Assembly (NCBI RefSeq): GCF_001194135.2
Contig: NC_069005.1
Location: 15,962,669 to 16,026,668, forward strand
Length of the DNA stretch: 64,000 nt
Direction: 5' to 3'
DNA from: Octopus bimaculoides
Lineage: Eukaryota
Below, in pieces: positions 12,646-25,808 of this stretch; position 1 is the first letter of the stretch, and every line of letters begins with the position of its first letter. The position numbers were made by a program, and so were the translations under genes. Below the pieces are notes generated by a model that worked only from the letters and a program-made list of their open reading frames with translations, was not told where the DNA came from and did not search any database.

Positions 12646-13697
12646 AGTGCAGAAAATAGACTCCATCAACTGCCAGTGGGGTAAGCTAGAGGTAGTAGAT
12701 AGCTTCCATTATCTAAGTGACCAAGTTAGTAGCAGAGGTGGATGCTCTGAGAGCATAGCTGTGAGAATAAGATTAGGCTGGGTAAAGTTCAGAGAGCTCC
12801 TACCTCTGCTGGCAACAAAGAGCCTCTCTCTCTCTCTCTCTCTCAGAGTGAAAGGTAGATTGTACGATGCCTGTATACAAACAGCTATGCTACATGGCAG
12901 TGAAACATGGGCTGTAATAGCTGAGGACATGCGTAGGCTTGAAAGATATGAAGCCAGAATGCTTCGTTGGATGTGCAATGTCAGTGTGCATGTTTGACAG
13001 AGTGTATGCATCTTGAGGGAAAAGTTGGGCATAAGAGGCAGCAGATGTGGTGTGCAAGAGAGACAACTGCACTGATATGGCCATGTGATGCATATGGACG
13101 AGGACAGTAATGTAAAGAAGTGCTGATCTCTAACTGTGGAAGGAACCTGTGGTAGAGGTAGATCCAGGAAGACATGGGGAAAAGTGGTGAAGCATGATCT
13201 TTGAACTTCGGGCATCACAGAGGCAATGACTAGTTACTAAGATCTTTGGCAATATGCTGCACTTAAGAAGACCCATCAAGCCAAGTGAAATCATAGTCAT
13301 GGCTGATGCTGGTGTCATGTAACTGGTACCTGTGCTGGTGACACGTAAAAAGTACCTTCCGGGCATTGGGCTGAGCTATTTTTGAGTGTTGGCCCTCACA
13401 GAAGCAATGACCGAGACCTTTGGCATTATGTTGCGCTTGGGAAGAAGACCCATCAGGCTGAGCAAAACTGCAGTCGAAACAGATACTGGTGTCACACAAA
13501 TGGCACCCATGCTGGTGGCACATAAAAGCACCCATTACACCCTTGGAGTGGTTGGCGTTAGGAAGGGTGTCCAGCTGTAGAAACCATTGCCAAATCAGAC
13601 CGGAGTCTGGTGCAGCCTTCCAGCTTGCCAGCCCTGGTCAAGTTGTCCAACCCACACCAGAATGGACAATGGACATTAAATGATGATGATGATGATG
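12645..13697 (+). mobile_element. 5'-truncated RTE-clade LINE (RT C-terminus plus 3' tail with (GAT)n)
   Basis: ORF 12647..12997 FHYL...RIRLGWVKFREL...LHGSETW...RMLRW; downstream GRGRSRKTW; duplicated tail module; ends ggacattaaatgatgatgat. Confidence 0.9.
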
Positions 13698-13719
13698 TGT
13701 GTGTATATATATATATATT

Positions 13720-13945
13720 TTTTTCTTTACTAGTTACAGTTCAAGAGTTGCAGCCATGCTGGAGCACTGCTGTTACCTTTGCTACACTTTCACCACTTGA
13801 AACCTCTTCTGATATGTGGCATTCAGTGAATGAGGTAGTTTGATGTTGTTGCCCTCATCTGCATTTCTTGCCACAAGGTAGGTTCATCTGGGATTCTTGA
13901 CAAGAGGAGATCAAGTTTTGTTTTCTTGACACCTACATCCACCCC
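13720..13945 (-). mobile_element. CR1/L2-like LINE 3' end, copy 1
   Basis: KLDLLLSRIPDEP...RATTSNYL; 3' UTR gcagtgctccagcatggctgca; homologous to 60545-60915. Confidence 0.7.
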
Positions 13946-14578
13946 ATGTTGGTCTCTCATCATCATCATATGTCCATGGGTTGGACAGTTTGATAGAAGC
14001 TGGCCAACCAGAGAGCTACCCAGATTCCAATTGTCTGTTTTGGTATAGTTTCCCAAGCTGGATGCCCTTCCTAATGCCAGTCACTTTATAGAGTGTACCA
14101 GGTGTTTTTATGTGGAACCAGCACTGGTGTTTTTTACATGGTACCACAATGGCTGTTTCTTACATGACACCAGCATGAATGCTTTTATGTGAAACAAGTA
14201 CAGCTGATTTTTACATGGCACCAGCATGGGTGCTTTTTACATGGCAACAACATGGGTACTTTTTCTGTAGCACCATACAAAGAAAAAATTCCTTGTTTCA
14301 ATCATAGTACTTTGGCCATGCTGGGACACTGCCTACAATGGTCTCAAATTTAGTCCCACTCCATGACACTTTAGGAATCTGTCTTCTACTATAGCACCAA
14401 GCCAACCAAAGCCTTGCTAGTGGATTTTGTAGATGGAAACTGGAAGAAGCCAATCGTGTATATAAGCGTGTGCATATGTGCATGCTTGTCAAGACATCAT
14501 GTGATGGTTGTAAATGAGCACTGTCATCATAAAGACAAAAATATTCATTTCTAGTCTTCCATGAAAAACAGAGGGAGA

Positions 14579-14619
<41 letters not shown>

Positions 14620-14957
14620 ATTCTCGTCAAGTTGTTTTGATACTCTATACTATACCAGCAGTGACCCAATGAGCTGTTCAGGGTCATGGTACAGGTTCCC
14701 ATAGCATAAAATCTACAGTTACAGTAAAAGAAGTTAATTATTAACATCCTTGTTTTCAAATGAATGGAATAAATGAAAGATCTGTGTATGGAGAAAAGAG
14801 ATGTAAAGAATACACAATGCTATGTAACACAATACAGCTGTCACGCACCTACCTGAACTGAACTAATTATTGATAAATATGAAGTAATTAGATAACTTTA
14901 ATACCATGTTGTGAAAGTGCTTATTGTCTCATTTCCCCCTCATGTCTTTGTATTTTC

Positions 14958-15098
14958 TCTTTTACTTGTTTCAGTCATTCGACTGTGGCCATGCTGGGGT
15001 ACTGGCATGAAGGGCTTGGTTGAATGAATCAACCTCAGTATTTTTAAGTCTGGTATTTATTCTATTGGCCTCTTTTGCCAAACTGCTAAGTTACAGAG
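14958..15098 (-). mobile_element. SINE A 3' half (split by the Gypsy element; 5' half at 19401-19718)
   Basis: ...ctgctaagttacagag|LTR and LTR|aagacataaac... together restore the SINE consensus gttacggggacgtaaac. Confidence 0.8.
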
Positions 15099-15340
15099 TG
15101 TTGTGTGAGAGTATGATGCCCCCTAGAGAGAATGGACTTGAGTACTACATATAAATAGTAGCAGTTTGAGTAAGTGAGGTAGTTCATACTAGTTCCACAG
15201 TAAGTGGGATGATAGTTCAAAGTTTACAGTTTAAGTTAGCATGTTAGATTGTTGGTTCTTAAAAGATTTTTGTTGTGTTCTTTGTGGTTACTGCCATTTG
15301 TTTCAATTATATTGCTATTACACTGTTGCAGTATAACTTT
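15099..15340 (+). repeat. 5' LTR of the Gypsy element (3' end truncated)
   Basis: Starts TGTTGTG; homologous to 18880-18935 and 19226-19378 (e.g. atataaatagtagc, gatagttcaaagtttacagtt, gttggttcttaaaagatt). Confidence 0.8.
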
Positions 15341-15487
15341 ATTCTGCCCAAAAAGTCAAGTGAGATTGGTTTCTAAGAAACCATGGAACTGCTTTCAAGA
15401 ATTTTTTGTGATAGATGTTCATTATTCAACACCAGAATGGAGGGTTAGAACTTAACAAAAAAATGAGGAGGGTAATTTTATCACCTA

Positions 15488-15578
15488 CTAGCAGAAATAC
15501 CCGGCGTTGCCCGGGTTAAAGAGAATAATGAAATCTAAAAACACTGTCTAGACTACGCATCATCTTTATATATAGAGA
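15488..15578 (-). mobile_element. Minimal non-autonomous Helitron (91 bp)
   Basis: Minus strand reads A|TCtctatatataaag...cccgggcaacgccggg tatttctgCTAG|T: 5' TC, 3' GC hairpin plus CTAG, between A and T, no TSD. Confidence 0.75.
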
Positions 15579-16683
15579 TGTATATACACACACACACCCA
15601 AACACATATATATATATGTATATCAATATAAATATATGAAAGTCAATGAAGTTTCGTAAAAGAAGGTGATCATGTACATACTTTCTTGCTGTTGTGATTA
15701 TAACACCTCATTGTAAACTATGTTCCTTGTTTTCCCTTGTGGAGCATATACAAATAGGTTTTTTGTTGCTGCCCACTCTTGAGCAGCCAACATACAGTTG
15801 TCCATGTGAGAAGCAGGGCTCTTCCAAGAGAAGACCAGCTACAGACAGNNNNNNNNNNNNNNNNNNNNNNNNNNNNNNNNNNNNNNNNNNNNNNNNNNNN
15901 NNNNNNNNNNNNNNNNNNNNNNNNNNNNNNNNNNNNNNNNNNNNNNNNNNNNNNNNNNNNNNNNNNNNNNNNNNNNNNNNNNNNNNNNNNNNNNNNNNNN
16001 NNNNNNNNNNNNNNNNNNNNNNNNNNNNNNNNNNNNNNNNNNNNNNNNNNNNNNNNNNNNNNNNNNNNNNNNNNNNNNNNNNNNNNNNNNNNNNNNNNNN
16101 NNNNNNNNNNNNNNNNNNNNNNNNNNNNNNNNNNNNNNNNNNNNNNNNNNNNNNNNNNNNNNNNNNNNNNNNNNNNNNNNNNNNNNNNNNNNNNNNNNNN
16201 NNNNNNNNNNNNNNNNNNNNNNNNNNNNNNNNNNNNNNNNNNNNNNNNNNNNNNNNNNNNNNNNNNNNNNNNNNNNNNNNNNNNNNNNNNNNNNNNNNNN
16301 NNNNNNNNNNNNNNNNNNNNNNNNNNNNNNNNNNNNNNNNNNNNNNNNNNNNNNNNNNNNNNNNNNNNNNNNNNNNNNNNNNNNNNNNNNNNNNNNNNNN
16401 NNNNNNNNNNNNNNNNNNNNNNNNNNNNNNNNNNNNNNNNNNNNNNNNNNNNNNNNNNNNNNNNNNNNNNNNNNNNNNNNNNNNNNNNNNNNNNNNNNNN
16501 NNNNNNNNNNNNNNNNNNNNNNNNNNNNNNNNNNNNNNNNNNNNNNNNNNNNNNNNNNNNNNNNNNNNNNNNNNNNNNNNNNNNNNNNNNNNNNNNNNNN
16601 NNNNNNNNNNNNNNNNNNNNNNNNNNNNNNNNNNNNNNNNNNNNNNNNNNNNNNNNNNNNNNNNNNNNNNNNNNNNNNNNNNN

Positions 16684-16848
16684 ACACGTAATACTTAAAT
16701 AGTGGAGGAGATATTATGTTGCCGTGTGCTCGAACTCTGCAAGAAGTTAATAATTTTTTTTGACTAAAACACAACTGGAACCCTAAGTAAGGCATGTGTA
16801 AAGTTTGAATGAAATTGGTTGCGTAGTTCTCGAGTTTTAGGGATTCAC

Positions 16849-16891
<43 letters not shown>

Positions 16892-16985
16892 CACAGACAG
16901 ACAGACAGACAGACACACAGACAGACAGACACACACACAGACAGACAGACACACAGACACACATTCTCATTTTTATATATATAGA
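16684..16985 (-). mobile_element. 5' part of a non-autonomous Helitron/DINE-like element with (GTCT)n microsatellite; the rest probably lies in the N gap
   Basis: Minus strand atctatatatataaaaatg, then (TGTC)n, then ctaaaactcgagaactacgcaaccaatt; interrupts Gypsy gag. Confidence 0.6.
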
Positions 16986-18879
16986 TAAGAGAGTAGTCAA
17001 CCATATGTGTGAAAATGTAAAACTCCAGGATTTCACTCAGGATATGTTCAAATCACTTATCTTCATACAAGGACTTGTAGCATCTGAAGATAGAGAAATT
17101 CAAGCAAGGATTCTCTTGGAAATGGAGCAAGTGAACCAGGATTTATCTCAATAGACCATCGCAAAAAGATGTCAGAAATCGTAAACATGATGTGAAAAAA
17201 ATGAAGACTCTGCAAAAATTCAGATGTGTCATCTCAGGAAGCACAATAAAAAAAAGTGTCTGGCCCCAGTTTGCGTTATGGTTGTTGTGCCCTACACTAC
17301 AAAAAGGGTTGTCTGTTTAAAGACAACAAGTGCTATAGTAGTCAGAAGCTGGGGCACAGGAGTTCTCATTGTAGAACAAGACTACAAGTCTCAAACACAA
17401 AAAGTTCTAAGGTGTTTTTTGGACGGAGAGTGATTGCGACAGAAAAACAAGAAAATTCACACACGTAAAAATAAATGATGTGAATATCAAATTACAGCTA
17501 TACACAGGTAGCGACATCTCAATTATAAATGTGAATACTTGGAAAAAAATTGGTAAACTGAGATTAAATAAAACAGCAAAAATAGCGTGTAGTGTAACAG
17601 GCAATGAATTACATTTCATAGACAAAACATGCATTGATGTCACATTTCGAAGAGAGACACATGAAGCAAAATTATTCGTTATGGATAATACAATCAATCT
17701 GTTTGGCACAGATTGGTTGGAACTATTCAATTTATGGCACCTCCCTATAAACCTTTACTGCAATATCATAAATGGTTGTCCTGTTGAAAACATGTCTTCA
17801 GAAGAACTGAAGAAAAAATTGAAAAAAATGTTCCTGCAAGTGTTATCAGAGGATTTTGGTCCATGTAGAAAGACAGAAGCCTATTTCCAAGTAAGTGAAA
17901 GTGCTGTGCCTTTATTTAAAGCAAACAGAAAAGTACTGCTCATGGCAATTGAAACCATAAATGAAGAGTTGGACAGACTTGAAAAGAGTAGAGTCATCAA
18001 AAAGGTGGATTACTTGAGATGGGCAGCACCCATAAATGTATTAAAAAAAAAAAAAAGACTAGGCTGTGTACTGATTTCTCTACAGGATTGAACAACTGCT
18101 TAAAAACATATCACCATCCACTCCTGACTGCAGAGGATATTTTTTCGAAGCTAAATGGTGCAAACATTTTTAACAAATTAAATCTGTCTGAAACCTATTT
18201 ACAAATTGTCAAAGTATTTGACAATAAATACACACAGAGGATTGTACAGATACACATGATTACTTTTTGGATTAAAAGTGTCACCAGCAATATTCCAGCA
18301 AATCATGGACACTATGTTATCTGATTGTGAATTTGCAATCCCAAGCTTGGACAATATTTTGATCAAGAAAATTAAAGTTTTCAGGTTCACTTAGAGTGAA
18401 GAAAAATGTGAATTCTTTCTACCCCAATCCAAGTACAAATTCAAGGAAGTCTCCTGCAGAACTGATGTTCGCAACAAGAATAAAATCCATTTTTGATATG
18501 CTATTATCAGAGAAAAAAAGACATAAAGGAAATACAAGAATCAATGAAATACATCTATAGAATCTATAGAAGCGGTAAAGAAGGCTGGGAAAATGGCCTT
18601 GTTACCAGAAAAATTGGAAGTATGATATATCTAATTAAAGGCTTACATGGTAAACATAAGAGACGGAGAAATTCCCATAGCAGTATTCTGTGAAATATTC
18701 GATGTACTGGTATCAAAAGTAACAGAGTCCCACAGAACCAGCATGAGAAAAAGAAAGCAAACAGAATACCTTGAGATAATGCCCAAGTGAAAGAGATACT
18801 AAAAAGAAAAAATATATATATTTATAAAGAATAAAAAATTTCTTTATTCCTTTGGAACATGAAATCTCAAAAGGGCAGA

Positions 18880-19400
18880 CGTTGTGCGAGAATGGACTGG
18901 ACCATATAAATAGTAGCGGTCTGAGTAAGTGAGTTAGTTGAGAATGTAAGTGCCAAATTAAGCGAGGCTTAAAAAAAAAAGAGGACAAAATAAACAGTGC
19001 AATGCAGGAATGTGTTTGGTGGGGTCAAACCCATTCTGTGTCCATTTTTTATGTTTCACCTTCATTTGTAATTATACATTTACTTATATCCTCCGATAAG
19101 TCCCCGACCCCATTTGTCCCTTGTATTGTCCCCGACCCCATTTGTCCCTTGTATTGTCCCCGACCCCATTTGTCCCTTGTATTGTCTCCTCTTTGTTTAA
19201 CCCTTGTGGTTCTAATAAAATCATCATGCTAGTTTCACAGTAAGTGTGTTGATAGTTCAAAGTTTACAGTTCGAGTTAGCCTGTTGGATTGTTGGTTCTT
19301 AAAAGATTGTTGTTACGTTACGTGTGGTTGCTGCTGTTTGTTTCAATTATATTGTTATTACACAGTTGCAGTGTATTCATTTATCCATAAGGATATAACA
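18880..19400 (+). repeat. 3' LTR of the Gypsy element, with a ~290-bp extra segment containing a 28-bp tandem repeat (tccccgaccccatttgtcccttgtattg, about 3 copies, ~19100-19185)
   Basis: Follows the PPT, ends ...ggatataaCA, homologous to the 5' LTR on both sides of the extra segment. Confidence 0.8.
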
Positions 19401-19718
19401 AAGACATAAACAAACTAACACTTGTTGTTAAGATACAAGACACACACACATACACACACAAAGACACACATACAAAGATAGATACACACGTATGCATGCA
19501 CACAAGGACACACACATGCACACAAGTCATTCACACAAAGATACACACATACAAAGACACACACATCATGGTGGGTTTCCACAGTTCCTATCTACTAAAT
19601 TTATTCACAAGGTTTTGGTTGGCTTGGTACCACACTTGCCCCATAGAAGACACTTGCCACGCAGAGGGACTGAACCTAGAACAATGTGGGTGGGAAGCAG
19701 ACTTTTCACCACACAGTC
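19401..19718 (-). mobile_element. SINE A 5' half (split by the Gypsy element)
   Basis: Continues the SINE after the 3' LTR up to the tRNA head accacacagtcac. Confidence 0.8.
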
Positions 19719-20139
19719 ACTAGTCATTTTTTTTAACTACAATCAATAATCTGAAGCGAGACAGATTCCTCCTGGATTTGTTGTTGCTGCTGGCAGCATA
19801 ACATGAAACACTAAAACATGAAATAACAATAGATTTTATTATGATTAACAGCATGCAGTCAGATAATCTACTACAATGAACTGACAGATTTGTTAGAGAG
19901 CCAAATGAAATATCTTCCAGTAATTGTTGTCACTCAACATTCTGAGTTTAAATCCAAACGAGGTCAGTTTAACTTTTTATCCTTTCAGAGTCAATAAAAT
20001 TAAGTAGCAGTCTCATAATGGAGTTGATGGTGAAACAACACCCTCACTAACCTTTTCTCCTTAAAATTGTTGGTCTTGTGCCTAAGAACTAATTATGATT
20101 AACAATATGATTAATAAGATTAATGATAGAAAAATCTAT

Positions 20140-20730
20140 AATATCAGAAATGTGAAGATGCTTGGAGAGCAGTGAAATGTGGTTCCTAAGGAGAATACTG
20201 AGGATAGGATGGACAAAGTGTCAAATGAAGAAGTGATGACCAGGGCTGTGGTAAATAGGAAAGTGCTCATTAGATAAGGGCCAAGCAACTGAGATTTTTT
20301 GGTCATGTAATGATGAAAGAGCACCTGAAGAATTTAGCAATGACTGGAAAGATTGAAGGGAAGAGAAATAGAGGAAGAAAGATGATACAGACGTTAAGCT
20401 TGATGAACTGGTTGGAAGAAAGAAGCATTAAACATCGAGAAGTGTAAATGTTACACAAAACTAAGAACAGAAAATTGTGGCAGAACATGATCGCCTATGT
20501 CCTACATTCTGAACATGGCACCTAACGGGCCAAGTAACTGATATTTCTTGGTTATGTGATGAGGAAAGAGGGCCCAGAGAAGTGAGTGATGAGTGGAACG
20601 ACTGAAGAAGCAGAGGAAGGAGAAAGATAATATAGATATCAGTCTTGATGAATTGGTTGGAAAGAATTAAACATCAGAAAGTTACAGAAAACAGAGAATA
20701 GAGAATTGTGATAGGACATTATTGCCTACA
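20140..20730 (+). mobile_element. Two tandem RTE 3'-end fragments
   Basis: Translation EMWFLRRILRIGWT...GHVM...TGKIEGKRNRGRK; a second diverged copy starts at gggccaagtaactga (~20527). Confidence 0.75.
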
Positions 20731-21546
20731 TTGGCAGAATCATTGGCACACCAGACAAAATGCTTTGGAGCAATTTATTCTTCTTTTTTTCTAGTTTTGC
20801 TTTCTGAGTTTAAATTCTGCCAAGTTCAACTTTGCCTTTCATCCTTTTGGGGTCAATAAAATTAAGCAGGGGAGGGGGGGGCTGTCTTTGTAATCGACTG
20901 GGTGCCTCCCTCAAAGTTTCAGGCTTTGTGTCTTAAGTCGAAAGTAAAAAAAAAATTCTGACTAATAGAAAATATATGACTTAATAGAGTGAGAAATTTT
21001 TAGAATAAAATACAGGATCTGAAGAAACTGGTGTAGGTTTTGTCTGCTACTTTTGATCCGAAAGGGAGTTTGTAGAATGTTAATAAGATAAGTTGCGATG
21101 AAGAATGAGAAGTATGTTTTGGGCTGTTGCTCTTCAACAGAGAGTTAGAAAGATATGAAGATGTTGTAAACTTGCTTGTTGTCAGCAAACAAAGACAAAA
21201 GACAGTGAAGGGGAGGTGTTGGGGGAGTGCTATGGAAAATGAGGGAGGACGGACAAAGAGATGTACTGTGAAAGAGAGAGAGAGAGAGAATGGAGAGACA
21301 ATGAACAAGAAAGTGGATGGCAAGTTGCTGGCTGCAGCAAGAAATAAGAAGTAAATAACTGCATAAAGTCTTCTAGAAATGTCATCATCATCTTCCATCT
21401 CCCCCTCTCTCCTCCTCCTCCTCCTCCTGTGAGCTGCAGCCATCAAAGGCTGCTGGCATCTTGCATTGCCAGTCTGGGGTCTAATAGTCTGTGCGGCAGC
21501 ACTTGGTGGCAGATACAACTCATTTTTCAATTCAGTACAATGTAAA

Positions 21547-21880
21547 GGCACAGTGGTTAGAGCATCAGGGCTCACAATCATGAGGTAGTGAGTTCAATTC
21601 CCAGACAGGGCTGTGTGTTTTGTTCTTGAGCAAGACACTTTATCTCACGTTGCTCCAGTTCATTCAGCTGCAGAAATAAGTTGTGAAGTCACTGGTGCCA
21701 AGCTGTATCAGCCTTTGCCTTGCCCTTAGATAACATCAGTGGCATAGAGAGGGGAGGCTGGTATGAATGAGTGACTGCTGGTCCTCCATAAACAACCTTG
21801 TCTGGACTTGTGCCTCAGAAGGTAACTTTCTGGGAGCAATCCTATGGTCATTCATGATCAAAGGATGTCTCCACTCTTTT
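21547..21880 (+). mobile_element. SINE family D (tRNA head ggcacagtggttagag...gagttcaattccc)
   Basis: Homologues at ~44645-44925 (+), 52672-52995 (-), and partial at 23095-23260 and 40835-41155 (-). Confidence 0.8.
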
Positions 21881-22049
21881 AACCCTTTACAATGGAATGG
21901 AGTGATGCGAAATAAAGTGTCTTGCCCAATGGTAAAATGAACTGCCTAGCTTAAGATTCAAACCTGCAACCTTATAATTATGAGTCCAATAGTTTAACTA
22001 TTAGGTTGATGGTTTTCACTAATTACCCCATAATTATTAGCAGTTATTG

Positions 22050-22173
22050 ATCAGGTTCATAGGCTCAGGCTTGCTTACCAACCATGTGACCTTAGGTTCA
22101 GTTTCACTGCATAGCACCTTGGGCAACTGTCTTCTATAGCCCTGAAATGGTAGATGGAAATTGAAAGGTACTC

Positions 22174-22211
<38 letters not shown>

Positions 22212-22402
22212 TTTGTGTTTTACCTCAGCACCATGTGACAACCAGTGTTGGTATGTTTACATCCCCATAACTTAGTGGTTAAGCAAAAGAGACTGATAGA
22301 TTAAATACCAGGTTTAAAAATAAGTACTGGTGTCAATTTGTACAACTAAACCCTTCAAGGCAATGTCCCAACATGAGCCCCAGTCCAATGGCTGAAACAT
22401 GT
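22050..22402 (+). mobile_element. SINE A
   Basis: Homology to 27161-27570. Confidence 0.8.
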
Positions 22403-22789
22403 AAAATGATAATGTTCCTTTATATTCCAGGTTCAAATCCCAGAGTCAACACCACTTTTCATTCTTCTGGGGTTGATAAAATGAAATAGCAGTAAAATAT
22501 TGGAGTCAACTAATTGTAGTCTTTCTCCAATATATTTCTGATCATATGCCAATGTTAGAAATCAATAATTGTTTTTGTGTTGTAAGAGATACACCAGCAA
22601 ATATTTAACAGAACTAATTAACAATGGATGTGTAAAGCAAATTTTTTAGCCTCACAGTTTTCACAACCGATTTTTCTTGTATCCAACATAGGATATTACA
22701 CACTTTGCAAATCTGTAGCTCTGTTATGAAACAAAATATAGTTTTCTGGTATGAAATTGGTTTAACTAAAAATAAAAACACACCTCCCC

Positions 22790-23110
22790 CATCAACTTCT
22801 CTATGTGGACCTGGCCTCAGGCACCAGGCCATGTGGAACCCCCAAATTCTGTTTCCAAGACCAGCTCAAGGCCACTCTACTTGGCTGCCCCACTGACCCA
22901 AATACCTGGGAGACAATCACCAAGAACCACTCAAAGTGGCAGCATGTCATCATCAAGAAAGTGGACCAGATGGAAAGTAATAGACATGAAGAGGCAAAGA
23001 TCAGACATCAAAGATGCAAAGAGTAACTCACACTTTCTCATCCCCTGCCAACCCTCCCCTATGATAAATGCTTCTGCAATTTCTTTCTGAACATCCTGCA
23101 TATACGATCT
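22790..23110 (+). mobile_element. RTE (BovB-like) RT C-terminal fragment
   Basis: ORF 22805..23026 DLASGTRPCGTPKFCFQDQLK...WE...W. Confidence 0.75.
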
Positions 23111-25605
23111 GTGTCATACACCACACACCAGATGTCAAAGTGATTACAGAGCAACGGGAAGTGAAGTGTTTTGCTCAAGAACCACAATACACAACCTAGC
23201 CTGGGAACTGAAACCATGATCTTGCAATCACGAGTGCAACACCCTAACCACTAGGCTACGTGCATTCACACATACACATACACTTATACATACACATCAC
23301 ATATAGTGCTGGTGCCACGTAAAAAGCATCCAGTCTACACTGTAAAGTGGTGGGCATTTGGAAGGGCATCCAACTGTAAAAACTATGTGAAAACTGACCT
23401 TGCCTGCGCTGGTGCCATGTAAAAAGTACTGAGTCCATTCTATGGGGTTTTTGGTGTTAAGAAAGGAATCCAACCATAAAAACCATGCCAGAACAGACAC
23501 AATAGCCTGGTGTAGTCTTCTATCTAGCTGACTCCTGTCAAACCATTCAACCCATGCCAGCATGGAAGACAGACATTGAATGATGATGATGATGATGACC
23601 ACAGGCTTCTTTCATTTTCCATCTAGCAATTCCACTCACAAAGATTTGGTTAGCCTGGTGCTATGGCAGTAGGATTGAACCTAAAGCCATACAAGTATGC
23701 CTAACAAAATGTTTAAAATCACTATAATAATTTTACATTTTTCTATGATTGTGATTATGTATCAAATGTTTAGCATATTTCTACAAGTATGCCCACATTC
23801 GACATTGCACTAATCAATGTGTGACTTAATACAGTGACATTTTGCTCATAACTGTTGATATGAAGTAATCAGAAAATACAATTTAACTACAATATTGTTT
23901 TTTTTATCTTTGTGCATCTTTATTCAGACAGAAATTCATGTTATAAATACATATTCTGTACAATGACAATACAATTGGTGTCCAATGAAATTAGATATGA
24001 ATCAATAGAGAGTGTACAGATTTTTTTTTTTCCAAATCCTGGAAAATTTTAAATGGTGCTTTACAATTATTATGATTCTAAATTTATATAAGAAATTTTG
24101 AAAATTAACCCACCCCCACCTTTTTTTTTTTTTTGCCAAATCTTAAATATCTTATATTCATAAAAATCAAAAATTGCTTTACAAAAGTAAAAACAAAAAA
24201 AAAAGATAGTGTAATACATAAACGTTATGAGATTTTTGAAAATCCCATAAGAAATACTCTTCCTCGGGACAACACAACTATGCATGCATCACTATACAAA
24301 TGGAGTAGCTAAATTGAGTCAAAACTTATTTAAATTCACCATCCTTGTCATAATGAAATTGATTTTCTTGGAGGAAAAAAAAAAGAAGCTTAATGTGATT
24401 GTGTGATTTTTCACAATGTTGACTTTACAGCAGATGTACTTTTAAAGCATCTGCAAAATTTATTGATAAAATTCAGAAATCACTTTCACATCTTTTTGTT
24501 TTGCCTAAGTTTCATGAACTTGTTTAATGCATTTTTAGACAGCAATTACAACAAATCTCACTAAAAATGTTATTTTCTGCATGTCATAATATTAGAGAAG
24601 AGTCGGTACATATTATACAAGAGTGCTATTTTCCCAGGATTTCATTGCTCATAATTAGTAGTGCACATTATATATACTTGTACAAGACAAATGTATACAG
24701 TACGTTTGGGACTCAATCAGAGTTGAACATACCTGTCCACTCACCCTATCCAATCATCCATTCTATTGCACTCATGTGCCCCTCTCTGTAACTTGAGGGT
24801 GTGCTGTGACACATCATCTCTCTCTCTCTCATTTTCAATTGGAGTAGTCATGTATCTCTTTCCTTAATACTGAACCCCACTCAGTTGCGGCTTCTTGTTT
24901 TGTGAGTGACCTTGTGTCCTCACTGGTTCTGGTGTCAAGAAAAAACCTTCCAGAACACTTTGTAAAAATGGTTGGTCTTATGAAGGACATCCAGACAAAG
25001 TACACAGTAGAGCTTGGTGTAGTCCTGTAATTTACCAGTCCTATCAAACCATCTAACCTACCTCAGTATGGAAGATGAACATTAAATGATGATGATGATG
25101 ACAACGATACAGCTTTGCCTATGTTTGTCTGTTTAATTGTTTACAAACTGTAACAAAGTATATAATTAACTCCTTATGAGAAGAAACAAATGATTAGTGA
25201 TATTCATACCTGTCTCAAATACAGAAGCAAGAAGGCTGTGTTGTTAAGAAATTTAAACACATAGTTACATTTCACATGGTTCCTCCTCATCATTATCACT
25301 TAACACCTGTTTTCCTGCTGGATCGTTTGACAGGAGCTGGTAAGCCAGAGAGCTGTCCAGGCTCCAATTGTCAGCTTTGGTATGGTTTCTATAGCTGGGT
25401 GCTCTTCCTTACACCAACCACTTTACAGAGTGTACTGGGTGCTTTTCACATGGCACTGGCACAAATACTTTATATGTGACATTGACATAGGTGTTTTATA
25501 TGTTTTGTCTTGTTACTCTGACTAATCAAAAATGCCACAAACTAGTGATTGGCCAATTAAAAACCTGTAACCAACAACACTATTGTTATGAATCTGTGAG
25601 GCACA

Positions 25606-25761
25606 GGCATGGCTATGTGCTTATAAGTTTGCTTCCCAACCACATGGTTCCAAGTTCAACTCCACTGCATGGCACCTTCGCCAAAGGCCTTCTACTGTAG
25701 CCTTAAGTTGACCAAAGCCTTGTGAGTGGATTTGGTAGATGGAAACTGAAAGAAGCCCATC

Positions 25762-25808
<47 letters not shown>

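Larger units (their letters stand above)
15099..19400 (+). mobile_element. Decayed Ty3/Gypsy LTR retrotransposon (gag-protease-RT remnants; most of RNase H/integrase missing)
   Basis: Gag remnants at 15360-15486 and 16986-17420 (zinc-knuckle-like CYSSQKLGHRSSHC); protease LYTGSDIS (catalytic D>Y); RT motifs WAAPI, RLCTDFSTGLN, GLKVSPAIFQQIM, SLDNIL (ORFs 17480..18091, 18019..18324); two homologous LTRs; purine-rich PPT-like aaaagggcaga before the 3' LTR. Confidence 0.9.

Noticed and set aside
19100-19185. CRISPR-like 28-bp repeats
   Set aside because: Contiguous tandem units with no spacers, in a eukaryotic LTR.
21000-21581. 193-aa minus-strand ORF
   Set aside because: Starts in a SINE head and runs through low-complexity tracts; no recognisable domain.
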